A stretch of 64,000 nt of DNA from Candidatus Spongiisociaceae bacterium (GCA_965219685.1 CBDCOH010000002.1:1216001-1280000); one strand, 5' to 3'. Numbered from the stretch's first letter, positions 10,269 through 21,515 are shown. Notes: generated by a model from the letters alone, not told the origin. Translations and numbers: made by a program.

Positions 10269-12182
10269 ATGAGGCGCACGGCGCTGGTCGCGCGAGCACA
10301 TTTTGCGCCCCTGGTCCTCAGTGCAGGGGCGGTCCTGCTGGCAGGGTACGGAGCCATCGCATCCAATGCAGTGCGCACTTCGGTGCTGAGCGCTCTGATC
10401 AGCGCGATTCTCGTCGTGGGCATGTATATCTTCATCGGTAACTCCGGAGTCTTCTCCTTCGGGCATATAGGGTTCATGGCCATCGGGGCTTATGCGACCG
10501 CCATCCTCGTGATCCCCGAGTCCACGAAGTCGGCACTCTTTCCGTCCCTTCCGGGGATAACGCTTCCCGCCCACGTAGCAGTCGCGGTAGGAGCGCTTCT
10601 CGCTGCGCTGGTAGCCGTCCTCATCGGCACCCCCCTGATGCAACTGTCCGGAATCGTGGCCTCGCTGGGTACCTTCGCCTTCCTGAACATCACATTCAAC
10701 GTCGCATCCAACTGGGAGTCCGTAACCGGCGGATCCACGGGACTGGCCGGAGTACCGCGGGCTGCAACCTTGCCCGGCACAGCGGCTTGGGCGATCCTGG
10801 CGATCGTCAGCGCGTGGCTCTTCCAGCAGACCCGTCTCTGCCTGCGTCTGCGCGGATCGCGCGACGACGAGGACGCAGCCCGCGCCCTCGGGATTGGCAT
10901 CTCCTGGGAACGGCTCGTCTCCTTCGTGCTGAGTGCAGCCGTCACGGGGGTGGCCGGGGGACTGTTCGCCCTGGCATTCGGCACCTTCAACCCGTCTGCT
11001 TTCTTCGTGGCCGCCACCTTCCTGGCCATTGCCATGCTGGTAGTCGGGGGACGGCTCAGCCTCACCGGTGCCTTCACGGGGGCCGTTCTCTTGTCCCTGC
11101 TCAGCCTCCTGCTCCGGCAGGTGGAGGACGGCATAGCACTCGGCATCATCCGGGTCCCACCCGTCCGCGGCCTTCAACAGGTAGGGGTTGCGGTGGTACT
11201 GGTCGTCGTGCTCCTCATCCGGCCCCGCGGTATAACGAACGGTGCGGAACTGACCTGGAGCACCGTTGTCCGGATGCGTGGGTGGATCAAGGCGAGACTC
11301 AGGATCGGATCGAGCGCCGAGCCGGCACGCGGCGACGTTCGCGTGGCTGCACGGCCGGCCCCGGAGTCGGTTGGCGACCGGGTCCGTCCCCACGGATCCT
11401 CGCGCCCGTCGTCCACCGGTTCGACAGCCGCGACAACTGGCGGCGCCGGTCCCCTGCTGGCGGTCTCTCAACTGTCGGGTGGTTACGGGGAACTCAAGGC
11501 AATCCGGGGAATCGAACTCTCGGTGGACAATGGTGAGGTGGTTGCCCTGCTCGGACCCAACGGCGCCGGTAAGACCACGATACTCAGGGCGATCCTGGGC
11601 TTCCTGCAGGTCACCGGAGGTGACATACTCCTCGACGGGCGGAGTATCCTCGGCATGGCTCCGGACCGCGTCGCCCGATCCGGCATCGGCCTCGTTCCGG
11701 AGGGACGGCGGATACTCGGTAGCCTCACCGTTGCCGAGAACCTTCGCCTCGGAGCGGCGGCCCGACGATCGAGGGAGGGCATCGAGGCTGACCTCAAGTC
11801 GATCCTTGACCGCTTCCCGGTTCTGAGGCGTTACTACCGGGGAAGCGCCGGCACCCTATCCGGTGGCGAGCAGCAGCAACTAGCGGTAGCCCGCGCACTG
11901 ATGGCGCGTCCCCGCCTACTTCTCCTTGATGAACCCTCGTTGGGGCTGGCACCGGTCCTCACAGCGACGGTCTTCGGCATCCTCGGTGACCTCAAGAGGG
12001 AGGGGGTGACCATGCTCATAGTCGAGCAGAACGCCGAGTTGGCGTTGGAACTCGCTGATAGAGGGTACGTGCTCCAGACCGGGAGGATCGTCGGGCACGG
12101 ATCCAGTGACCGCTTGCGAGCTGATAGGGATCTAGCCGATGCCTACCTGGGAGGCCTTCCCGGACCGGGCGATGGCTCGTGA
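10269..12182 (+). CDS. LivM-like permease fused to LivF-like ATPase
   Basis: N-terminal SFGHIGFMAIGAY permease; C-terminal GPNGAGKTT, LSGGEQQ, LLLDEPSLGLAP, VEQN. Confidence 0.9.
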   Translation: MRRTALVARAHFAPLVLSAGAVLLAGYGAIASNAVRTSVLSALISAILVVGMYIFIGNSGVFSFGHIGFMAIGAYATAILVIPESTKSALFPSLPGITLPAHVAVAVGALLAALVAVLIGTPLMQLSGIVASLGTFAFLNITFNVASNWESVTGGSTGLAGVPRAATLPGTAAWAILAIVSAWLFQQTRLCLRLRGSRDDEDAARALGIGISWERLVSFVLSAAVTGVAGGLFALAFGTFNPSAFFVAATFLAIAMLVVGGRLSLTGAFTGAVLLSLLSLLLRQVEDGIALGIIRVPPVRGLQQVGVAVVLVVVLLIRPRGITNGAELTWSTVVRMRGWIKARLRIGSSAEPARGDVRVAARPAPESVGDRVRPHGSSRPSSTGSTAATTGGAGPLLAVSQLSGGYGELKAIRGIELSVDNGEVVALLGPNGAGKTTILRAILGFLQVTGGDILLDGRSILGMAPDRVARSGIGLVPEGRRILGSLTVAENLRLGAAARRSREGIEADLKSILDRFPVLRRYYRGSAGTLSGGEQQQLAVARALMARPRLLLLDEPSLGLAPVLTATVFGILGDLKREGVTMLIVEQNAELALELADRGYVLQTGRIVGHGSSDRLRADRDLADAYLGGLPGPGDGS

Positions 12183-12934
12183 ACGCAGGATCGGTCCTCA
12201 GTGAAGAGACGCTCGACGCGAGTCTGGTCTCCCGGGGGGTCTCGGTCAGGTTCGAAGGCCTCCAAGCACTCGACCGCGTGGACCTGGACGTCGGGCGGGG
12301 CCACATCCTGGGCCTTATCGGACCAAACGGAGCTGGCAAGACGACCCTGGTCAACGTCATGAGCGGGTTCCAGGCGTCCGATGCCGGTACGGTCACGCTG
12401 GAGGGCAAGGACCTGACGGGTCGCTCCCCACACCACATCGCTCGTGCCGGTCTCGTCCGGACGTTCCAAGGCATGCGGGTGTTCGGCGAGCTTACAGCTT
12501 CCGAGAACATCCAGCTCGGGGCATTGGCCCGCAACCGGATGAGCCGGCGCGAGGCCCGCAATGCGGCTGGGGAGTTGCTCGAATCACTCGGGCTCGGCGA
12601 CAAGGCAGACAGGCGCGCGTCGACCCTTCCGTTGGGGGACGAGCGGAGGATCGGATTCCTCAGGGCTCTGGCAGCCAAGCCCGAATACCTGCTCCTCGAT
12701 GAACCGGCGGCAGGTCTCAACGACGCGGAAAGCTCGGATCTGGCAAGCCTCATCGACGAGGCCCGGCGCCGTTGGAATATCGGTATCGTCCTGATAGAGC
12801 ACGACATGCAAGTGGTCATGCAGGTCTGCGACACCGTACAGGTGCTCGACCACGGCAGGACCTTGGCGATTGGAAGCCCCGACGAGGTTCGTACCGATCG
12901 CGACGTCATCGCCGCCTACCTGGGTGGACAGTGA
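12179..12934 (+). CDS. livG: ABC ATPase (LivG-like)
   Basis: GPNGAGKTT, RTFQ, LLDEPAAGL, IEHDM, VIAAYLG. Confidence 0.9.
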   Translation: MNAGSVLSEETLDASLVSRGVSVRFEGLQALDRVDLDVGRGHILGLIGPNGAGKTTLVNVMSGFQASDAGTVTLEGKDLTGRSPHHIARAGLVRTFQGMRVFGELTASENIQLGALARNRMSRREARNAAGELLESLGLGDKADRRASTLPLGDERRIGFLRALAAKPEYLLLDEPAAGLNDAESSDLASLIDEARRRWNIGIVLIEHDMQVVMQVCDTVQVLDHGRTLAIGSPDEVRTDRDVIAAYLGGQ

Positions 12935-13035
12935 CGGCAGTGGCGACCGTCGTCACCTCCGACCGCCCGATCGAGCGGAGACAGGATCTGCCTGCCGGCC
13001 AATGCTAGGAAGGGCTTTGATGAGGGGAGAACGCA

Positions 13036-14100
13036 ATGAGAAACCTTGGTGTCCTGGAATCGCTTGATGAGGTTCCCGCCTCCCGTCCCGAGCGCTACAC
13101 GTGTGACCTCGTCGTCGCAGAGACGGTGGCCGGACCGCTCACGGTTCCTGTATGGGTCGTGAGGGGCAAGAGTCCGGGACCCACCTTGGCGATGACCGCA
13201 GGAGTGCACGCAGGCGAGTTCACCGGACAGATCGCGGTTCCCAAACTCGCATCCACGATCGACGTCGAGAAGCTCAGCGGAGACTTCATCGGTGTGGTGT
13301 GCGCCAATCCGAGAGCGCTCGAGTTGAGAATGTCCTTCTACCTTCCCATCGACGGTGTGAACATCAACCAGTCGTTCCCCGGAGATCCCTTCGGTTCGAT
13401 CGGATCCCAGGTCGCAGCGAGGATCGGAAGCGAGATTATCGAGCGCAGTTCGACGTACATGGATCTCCACAGTGGGGATCATTACGAAGAGATACCGCTC
13501 CACGTGGTCGTGCCCGAGCTCGGGAACCCGGAGACGGACGCGTGCAGCCGCCGCCTCGCCTCTCTTTTCGATATCGAGTTCCGGAACATCATGGGTGCAG
13601 GCATCGACGAACTGTCCGGAACGAGCGACGACGGAAGCAACGTGTGGACCGGTCTGAACGTAGCTCGTAACAACATCGGATACGCGGCCCTCAACGGCAT
13701 ACCGGCTGTCCAGCTGGAAGTGGGAGGTGCCGGCCGGTTGGATCCGGAACTGGTGGATCTGGAGTTACGGGGCTTCTTCAACGTCATGAGGCACATGGGC
13801 ATGTACCCGGGGGAACCCGTGGTCAACGACCGGCAGACCGACGTCTACGGAATGTACGTCGTGACGGCGGACTCGGCCGGATACTTCGTGCGGGATGTGG
13901 AGCCCGGCCAACGGGTGATTCACGGGACTCCGCTCGGAACCTTCCTCGACAGGTTCGGCTTGCCGAGGACCGTGGTGAGGAGCCCGCTGGCCGGATGGGT
14001 ACTCATGATCTTCTCCACCCCGACCCGTAACGGAGGCGAGTGCGTCTGCATCGTAGGGATGGATCGAGACCCGAGAAAGGAGAACGCCGATCATGTCTGA
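13036..14100 (+). CDS. Succinylglutamate desuccinylase/aspartoacylase (M14) family deacylase
   Basis: GVHAGE, ANP, NINQSFPG, DLHSG motifs; C-terminal barrel-sandwich hybrid domain. Confidence 0.85.
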   Translation: MRNLGVLESLDEVPASRPERYTCDLVVAETVAGPLTVPVWVVRGKSPGPTLAMTAGVHAGEFTGQIAVPKLASTIDVEKLSGDFIGVVCANPRALELRMSFYLPIDGVNINQSFPGDPFGSIGSQVAARIGSEIIERSSTYMDLHSGDHYEEIPLHVVVPELGNPETDACSRRLASLFDIEFRNIMGAGIDELSGTSDDGSNVWTGLNVARNNIGYAALNGIPAVQLEVGGAGRLDPELVDLELRGFFNVMRHMGMYPGEPVVNDRQTDVYGMYVVTADSAGYFVRDVEPGQRVIHGTPLGTFLDRFGLPRTVVRSPLAGWVLMIFSTPTRNGGECVCIVGMDRDPRKENADHV

Positions 14101-14824
14101 CCACTGCGTCCTGGAGGAGATCCTCCACCGGGGAGTGCTGCGGGTGGCCGCCCGTTGGGACCTCACGTTCGAGCAGTTCATCAACCCTGAGACTGGAGAA
14201 CCCGACGGTGTGGTGGGTCGGGTAGGGCGGCTCATGGCCGACGAGTTGGGGGTACAGGTCGAGTTCGTCGTGCTGGAGTGGGACGACCAACTCGATGCCC
14301 TGGTTGACGGCCGGGTACACCTGCTGATGAAGCACACCAACCTGCCCAGCCGGGCCCTATCCGTGATGTTCAGCGACGGCGTGCTCCTGGAGTATGAAGG
14401 TGTCGTGCTCGTGCGCAGGGAGTCGGCCGGAGGGGGCATGGCCTGGCTGCGGGCCGCGCGCCGGCTGGCTGCGGTCGCGGGCGCCCTGCAGGAAGACATC
14501 ATCAGGCAGCGGTTCCCGAAAGCTCGCTATGTACCGGTGCCGGACAACGACGAGGGAGCAAATCGGGTCATCGATGGGTCAGCCGACGGGCTGTTGGTGG
14601 ATGCAGGCCTCCGCGTACCTGAGGCATGCGAATACCTGACCGAACCGAACGGGGACCTGGTTGTGCTATCCCGGGACGCTTCGCACCCTGCGGTCGCGAA
14701 CAACCAGTTCCGGTTCCTACGCTGGGTCGACAATTTCATGGACTATCACAAGCGCCTCGGGACCCTTGACGAGATGATCTCCGCAGCCAAGGCCGCTCAT
14801 GCGCGGTCGGGTCTCTCCGGGTAG
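14093..14824 (+). CDS. Family-3 (polar amino acid) solute-binding-fold protein with no signal peptide
   Basis: LEEILHRGVLRVA...LMADELGVQVEFVVLEWDDQLDALVDGRVHL; strong RBS AAGGAG. Confidence 0.75.
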   Translation: MSDHCVLEEILHRGVLRVAARWDLTFEQFINPETGEPDGVVGRVGRLMADELGVQVEFVVLEWDDQLDALVDGRVHLLMKHTNLPSRALSVMFSDGVLLEYEGVVLVRRESAGGGMAWLRAARRLAAVAGALQEDIIRQRFPKARYVPVPDNDEGANRVIDGSADGLLVDAGLRVPEACEYLTEPNGDLVVLSRDASHPAVANNQFRFLRWVDNFMDYHKRLGTLDEMISAAKAAHARSGLSG

Positions 14825-14971
14825 GGCACGGAGCCGTCCAACTCCGTGGAGCGACGACACGGCAGGACACAGCGTTCCTGGGTGTGCGTCGCCCCCGCGT
14901 GTACGCCTCTCCCGGGGAGTGCCGGCGGCTCTAAGAGCGCGCCGGGCTCACCCCGGATGGTTATGCGTTCT

Positions 14972-16216
14972 CTATCCGAACAGTGGTGGTTGAACCTTGG
15001 CGGAGCGAATCGACACGATCCGGTGCGCCCCTGCATCGAGTTCGAGGATCCGCAACTCGCGGTCTTTGTCGATGTGCAGGTCGGATGAGAACGTGACGTT
15101 CAGGCCGCCGACGTTCCTGCCGTCGAACTGCTCAAGTATCTCCGTAACGGCTTCACCATCGGTTGTACCCGCTTCTTCTATCGCTTCGGCGAGCGCGTAC
15201 ACCGCCGCGTACGCACCGATCGCGCTGACAGCTTGGGGCTGTCCGTGCCGATCGAGATACTTGCGGAGAAACTCCCCGACTTCGGGGCTCGGGTCGTCCC
15301 CCCAGAAGGAGACCGGCGACGTGTAGTAGAAAGCGGTGAGGTCCGGCATCGAGTCCTTGTACCAGAAGTCCCCGTCGAATCCGTTGTTGCTTACGATTGG
15401 GGCATCCACGCCTCCGTCACGTAGTTGCTTGGTGGCTACCGCACCTCCAGGCGGGAAGGAGCAGAGGGCGATGATCTCCGGTGGTTCGGAAAGAGCGTTG
15501 ATCCTCGTGACCTGGCTCGCGATCGAAGCGTCGTTGTTGTTGAACTGATCCTGGCCGGCAATGGTCCCGCCCTGTTCTATCCAGCGGGTTTCGAAGGCTC
15601 GGCAGTAGTCCTTGTTGTAATCGGCGATGTCGTCGAGCAGCAGGTAGGCCGTCCTGAATCCCTGATCTTCGAAGGCCCATTCGGCTGCGACCGCGCCGTC
15701 GGTAGTAGCGGCTATCCCCATGGTGAATGCCAGGGGTCCGATGCCCTCGATCCCGAACAGTGGTGAACCCGCCGAGGATGAAAAGACGACCAGCCCGGCA
15801 TCCTGAGCAGCGCGGGCGGCTCCTCCACCCATGTTGTAATCGGGGGACACGATCATCACGTGGGCGCCTTGGTCGATAACCTCCTGGCCCGCCACCGTGC
15901 CCTGATCGATATCGGACTTGGTGTCAGCGGTGACAATCTCCAGACTTCTACCCATCACGCCGCCGGCCTCGTTGATCTCGTCCACGGCGATCTGGGCACC
16001 GTTGAGCGCCGGTAGGTCGAACGCCGCCATGAAGTCGGTCAGGCCGATTGCCATTCCTATTACGATCGGTCCATCGTCATCGGCGGCCTCTTCAGCACAG
16101 GCCCCCGTAACCAGCACGAGGAGGAGAGCAACTATCCCGACCAGCCGGAATGGTGCTCGGGGGCCCAAGGCGGACCTTCCTGTCTTTCGAAGTCCTGTCG
16201 GAAGTATCCTGGCCAT
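14972..16216 (-). CDS. Liv-type ABC substrate-binding lipoprotein
   Basis: RBS GGGAGG, lipobox VTGAC, AVDEINEAGGVMGRSLEIVTADTKSD. Confidence 0.85.
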   Translation of the reverse strand: MARILPTGLRKTGRSALGPRAPFRLVGIVALLLVLVTGACAEEAADDDGPIVIGMAIGLTDFMAAFDLPALNGAQIAVDEINEAGGVMGRSLEIVTADTKSDIDQGTVAGQEVIDQGAHVMIVSPDYNMGGGAARAAQDAGLVVFSSSAGSPLFGIEGIGPLAFTMGIAATTDGAVAAEWAFEDQGFRTAYLLLDDIADYNKDYCRAFETRWIEQGGTIAGQDQFNNNDASIASQVTRINALSEPPEIIALCSFPPGGAVATKQLRDGGVDAPIVSNNGFDGDFWYKDSMPDLTAFYYTSPVSFWGDDPSPEVGEFLRKYLDRHGQPQAVSAIGAYAAVYALAEAIEEAGTTDGEAVTEILEQFDGRNVGGLNVTFSSDLHIDKDRELRILELDAGAHRIVSIRSAKVQPPLFG

Positions 16217-16742
16217 TTTTCCTCCCAGTACGTAGGCGGAGAATAGGCCGACTATACGGCAGACCCCCGAAACCGTCAACCGTTTTGTTCCCAGAGTTAT
16301 GGGCACATCACACAACAAATAGATGGTTTGTAACGGGCAGAGCAAGAGAGTGTCCTGTATCACTTGTCTCCAGGCCTGGAGGATTGATCAGGAGCTTCCA
16401 CGGTTGGCTCAGCACGCGGTATCGCCGGAGGTTACCAAAGTCCCGGCGGTTGGTGTACACGTGGGAGAGGCACCATTTGGATCGACTGGCTAGATCCCGA
16501 AATACGATGTTGACGGGTTGATTGAGAACGGTCCCGCGACTAAGACTTCAGATTAGAGAGACCAAGCCTTCCGGAACGAACAAGGCCTACCAACAGTAGG
16601 TCAAGGCCAGCCGGAAACCCAGCCGCCCGTGGAGTTTCGATGGGCCGCCTCGGTCGTTTGCCAAGAGGTCACTATCGGCTAACTACAGCGAGCAGCTTGG
16701 GGTCCGAGGCGACGGAGAGCTGTGTATTTGGGTTCCGGGCGC

Positions 16743-16900
16743 GGGGAGGTCAGCAAGATGACGGCGTGGGTTGAGAGCGGGTCGGGCAAGACCACCACCG
16801 TCCGATGCATCGTGCGGGTCTTTGGGGACATGGATCACTGCTCGCAGTGGATGACCTGCACTTCGATGTGACAGTCGGGGTCCGAGACGGATCAGGCGCC
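16743..16900 (+). pseudogene. Scrambled remnant of an oligopeptide ABC ATPase
   Basis: One frame reads ESGSGKTTTVRCIVR (Walker A); another reads LLAVDDLHFDV; no intact ORF. Confidence 0.45.
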
Positions 16901-17118
16901 GCATACAGATTGGTTTCTTCTCGTCTCCCCAAGCGTCGGCCGCCTTCGCTCCGACTCCGCGGTTGCGGCGATGGAACGCACAGCCCGGCCCAGTGGTTCT
17001 GCCGGGCTTGGACATCTGCGATCAAGTGGAAGCAGCGCAGCGGAAGGAACGACCCCGCTGGAACCCTGCTAGTCCATACCCGTCGATCGGAGTCTGCGTA
17101 CCTAGCGCACCCAGGGGG

Positions 17119-17352
17119 CTACCCGCTATGTAGTCCTTGGTGGAGCACCTCGCCTAACAGTCCATCCAGGCTGGCAGCTATGTCCGCCAGGTGGCGGGCG
17201 ATGTGCTGTAGCTGCGCCACGGTGTTGGCTGCATGGGCTATCTGGTGGGTTCCTTGCGATATCTCTTCGGGTGGCAGTTTGAGGGTCACTGTGTAGATCG
17301 GATCGTCGCAGAGGGTGCAGGGCTCTTCGTCGGCGGTGGGTTGGGTGCTCAT
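17119..17352 (-). CDS. Hypothetical protein (77 aa), probably leaderless
   Basis: TACACT 7 nt upstream of ATG; CxxC and a helical C-terminus. Confidence 0.5.
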   Translation of the reverse strand: MSTQPTADEEPCTLCDDPIYTVTLKLPPEEISQGTHQIAHAANTVAQLQHIARHLADIAASLDGLLGEVLHQGLHSG

Positions 17353-17586
17353 GCCCCGCAGTGTAGCGACTCGGCTAGTGTGGGGGTTGGCGGTGCCCTA
17401 ACCCCCGGACTGCCGTTTGGGGGGCGGAGTATGAGGGTAGGTTCCGGCTAGGGGCCGGGTAGCCTGCCCTCTGCGGGCGGCGAGTTCGCTACTTGTCGCC
17501 CGTCCGTCCTTAAAGGGTAATTCTACTGTGATCGAGGGCCGGGGGCGCTTTCGGACATGCCTGTAGTTTCGGGGGTCTCTGTTTTC

Positions 17587-17616
17587 TTGTTTGTTTGTCG
17601 AGTCCTGTCCTACAAT
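17587..17616 (+). promoter_or_regulatory. Sigma70-type promoter TTGTTT-N18-TACAAT
   Basis: Near-consensus -10 directly upstream of a long stem. Confidence 0.5.
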
Positions 17617-17622
17617 TGGGGC

Positions 17623-17721
17623 TGCCAATCAACACCAAGCCGTTTTGTGCCTTTGGTCGAACCTGTTCGGGGTCGGGACCGCATGGTCCCGTTCCGGTTT
17701 GGCCGTTGGTGTTGATTGGCA
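17623..17721 (+). ncRNA. Candidate structured RNA or 5' leader
   Basis: Perfect 16-bp terminal stem TGCCAATCAACACCAA/TTGGTGTTGATTGGCA enclosing GGTCGAACC/GGTTTGGCC and GGGACC-GCAT-GGTCCC. Confidence 0.5.
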
Positions 17722-17758
17722 AGACATCCTGACTCCGACCGGAAAGGGACCGCCAATC

Positions 17759-18376
17759 ATGCGTCGTGCCACTCTCATTGTCTCTGTAATCGCTGCCATG
17801 CTTGTGTCGGCTGTTGCCGGAGCCGCAGTCACAGCAAGATTCTCTGACGTGCCAGAAGATCATTGGGCGGTCGACTCCATCGAATGGGCTGCCGATGCGG
17901 GAATTATGCGGGAGAGGGGTGAGGGCATGTTCGAGCCGAACAGGGCAGTGACTCGTGCTCATCTGGCACAGATTCTCGCACGTTACGACCGTTTCCACAA
18001 CAGTTCGGGCCTCAGCATCGACGAAAGCGACCTGTTGTGGGACATTGTTGGGCCGGGAGACCTTAACGAAGATGGCGACACCGACGACAAATGGGAAGCG
18101 ACAACTCTCGAGTTTGACCGTGCCTATTCGTTCTACGATCTGACAGTCATGGTCAGAGACCTCTGCCGGACGATGGGTGATACCCCGGCGAGGGCTACTC
18201 TCGCAGAGACAGTGCAGGTCATTCCTGACTGGTTGGAGAGTTTTGACTGGAAGGGTGCGGTTACTGACGTTGATAGGTGGCGGGTCGTGTTCTACGGTCA
18301 TTGGGCGCTATGCCCGGAGTACGATGCGATCTACGATGCGTGGGCGGATGCTGACTGGCCCGGAATCGACTCCTGA
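17759..18376 (+). CDS. Secreted S-layer homology (SLH) domain protein
   Basis: Signal peptide then FSDVPEDHWAVDSIEWAADAGIM...FEPNRAVTRAHLAQILAR. Confidence 0.85.
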   Translation: MRRATLIVSVIAAMLVSAVAGAAVTARFSDVPEDHWAVDSIEWAADAGIMRERGEGMFEPNRAVTRAHLAQILARYDRFHNSSGLSIDESDLLWDIVGPGDLNEDGDTDDKWEATTLEFDRAYSFYDLTVMVRDLCRTMGDTPARATLAETVQVIPDWLESFDWKGAVTDVDRWRVVFYGHWALCPEYDAIYDAWADADWPGIDS

Positions 18377-18435
18377 TGGCAAGCGAAGAGCGGAACACTT
18401 ATCATGTGCAACTTCGGAACCCGGTCAAGACCGGC

Positions 18436-18540
18436 ATGAAGGTGGCGGTCGGCTTCCTGATTGTGCAGGTGGGCGTGCTGGCGGCGTTGATGCTGCTGTA
18501 TGCGATTGCGGTAGCGGCGAACCCCGGACTGTTGCTGTGA
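18436..18540 (+). CDS. Small single-TM peptide (34 aa)
   Basis: MKVAVGFLIVQVGVLAALMLLYAIAVAANPGLLL; below the ORF track cutoff. Confidence 0.4.
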   Translation: MKVAVGFLIVQVGVLAALMLLYAIAVAANPGLLL

Positions 18541-18688
18541 GCTATCCGCCGGGGGCCGACTCGTACCCAGGACCGGCCCGTCGGGCATTCCATGCTGGGG
18601 AACCGGCATGGAAGATCAAGCTCGATGGGTTAGCGGAGGAAGCCGCCCGTAGGCGGCTTCCTGTGCTTGATCCGATTGTGCTGCCCGA

Positions 18689-18913
18689 TCAGGCGTTGCG
18701 GGTGTTGCGCCGGGAGGTCCGCCGCCTTAGCTGACGCCTGCCGGTCGGCTTCTGCTCCCGCCAAGCCTTCTCGCCCTTGCCCTTTGCCTTGGGCGGCGTG
18801 CCGAGCATCGCCTTCAACATGTCGTCGAACTCCGGCTTGCCCTTCATCTTCTCCCTCGGCTTCGTTCTCGCATTGCCATGCGGTATCGCAAGGCGATGTC
18901 CTCTGGTGGTCAT
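18689..18913 (-). CDS. Small basic protein coupled to the IS1595 transposase stop
   Basis: ATGA overlap with the transposase stop; PEFDDMLKAMLGTPPK. Confidence 0.5.
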   Translation of the reverse strand: MTTRGHRLAIPHGNARTKPREKMKGKPEFDDMLKAMLGTPPKAKGKGEKAWREQKPTGRRQLRRRTSRRNTRNA

Positions 18914-19657
18914 GCCACTAGCCATTCCCATTGTAGTCTCACGCCCACCGAACCGGCGAGCACCTTGTCCAGCTTCCCCCCGTTGCCCAACTCTCGCATG
19001 TTGAATCTGCATTCCAACTCGGCCAGGTATCGCCACAGATGCTTCGCACTCATGTAGTGGTAGACGCCCATGTAGGACCGTTTCAGGATGCCCCACACTG
19101 ACTCAATGCCGTTCGTGTGGACGATCCCCCGCACATATTCGCCCTTGCCGTGTTCAACCCAAAACTGGCGCAACCCCATCTTCCTGTAGGACGGCTCGCC
19201 GTCGGTGAACAGGGGAGACGGGAACGCCACTTTCTGCTGGACGGCTTGGTTGAGGCTGTCGAAGGTTGTGTCGTTCACGTCGAGGAAGGCAACCTGGCCG
19301 GTCTTGCGATGCCGGAAACCGATCACGACCTGCTTGTTGGCCCGCCAGCCGCCGCCTACCTCTTCCCGCAGTTTCTTGCGCCGGTCGGCGTGCATCCTGC
19401 CCAGCTTCCCGCCCACAAAGGTCTCATCGACTTCCACCGGGTAGCCGTCGTCAAATGTTGTGTCATTCATGGCTGCTGCTACCTGTCGGAGACGGTGAAG
19501 CATGTACCATGCTGTCTTGTGGCTGACGCCGATCTGCGATTGGAGACGCTGGGCTGCAACCCCTTTGGGGTTGTCCATCCACATCCAGATGGCTATGAAC
19601 CACTTTGAACCGCCCCGGTTACCCCGGAGACTCGATTAGTTGGGAGATAATGGAGTC

Positions 19658-20898
<1,241 letters not shown>

Positions 20899-21198
20899 AA
20901 CACTCTCCGGCAAACCCGGGGCGGTTCACTTCCGTAGCGGTAGACGTGATTCCTCGAACACTGTCCCTTTGCGAACGGAGAATTGTCTGCGGCAGTCTCC
21001 GCATTTGTAGATGGGCCGTGTGCGGATGCGGTAGATGCGTTTGCTGTCGCAGTCCGTCCAGGCACATTCCAGGCCATCCGGCCATCGCAACTGCTCTAGA
21101 TGCGCTCTGCATGATTCCTCGTCGGGGAAGGCTTCGAGTAGGTCGTAGAGGCTGTCGTATTGCACCGTTTGGCTCCGTGGGCGGGGGATGGGCCTAAC

Positions 21199-21227
21199 AG
21201 TTTACTATGATTGGTTAGCGTTGTCAA
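21199..21227 (-). promoter_or_regulatory. Consensus sigma70 promoter TTGACA-N17-TAAACT upstream of the IS1595 transposase
   Basis: Directly visible on the minus strand. Confidence 0.7.
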
Positions 21228-21314
21228 GCGTTTCGGCTCCCCCGTAGGGGGAAGCCGCCCGATAAACTCATCCCCAACCCCCACCAAGGGGGAACCATCG
21301 AAGGAAGGAGAACA

Positions 21315-21515
21315 ATGATTGTCAACCGAGAGGCGTGTAGGGGTTGGGACTGCGCCCCCCAACCCCATCCGCACGCCGTCCATAGCCTGACCGTCTGCAA
21401 ATGCGGGACGCTCTGGCAAGTCGTTACCGAACTCATGGTCAGAGCAGACGGGAGTGTTTCCCGTGGACGCTTCTGGACTCGCCTCACACCCGGCAGGGTT
21501 CTGGTAACTGCCTGA
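21315..21515 (+). CDS. Hypothetical Cys/His-rich protein (66 aa)
   Basis: Strong RBS AAGGAAGGAG 4 nt before ATG; C-x4-C...H...CKCG. Confidence 0.55.
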   Translation: MIVNREACRGWDCAPQPHPHAVHSLTVCKCGTLWQVVTELMVRADGSVSRGRFWTRLTPGRVLVTA

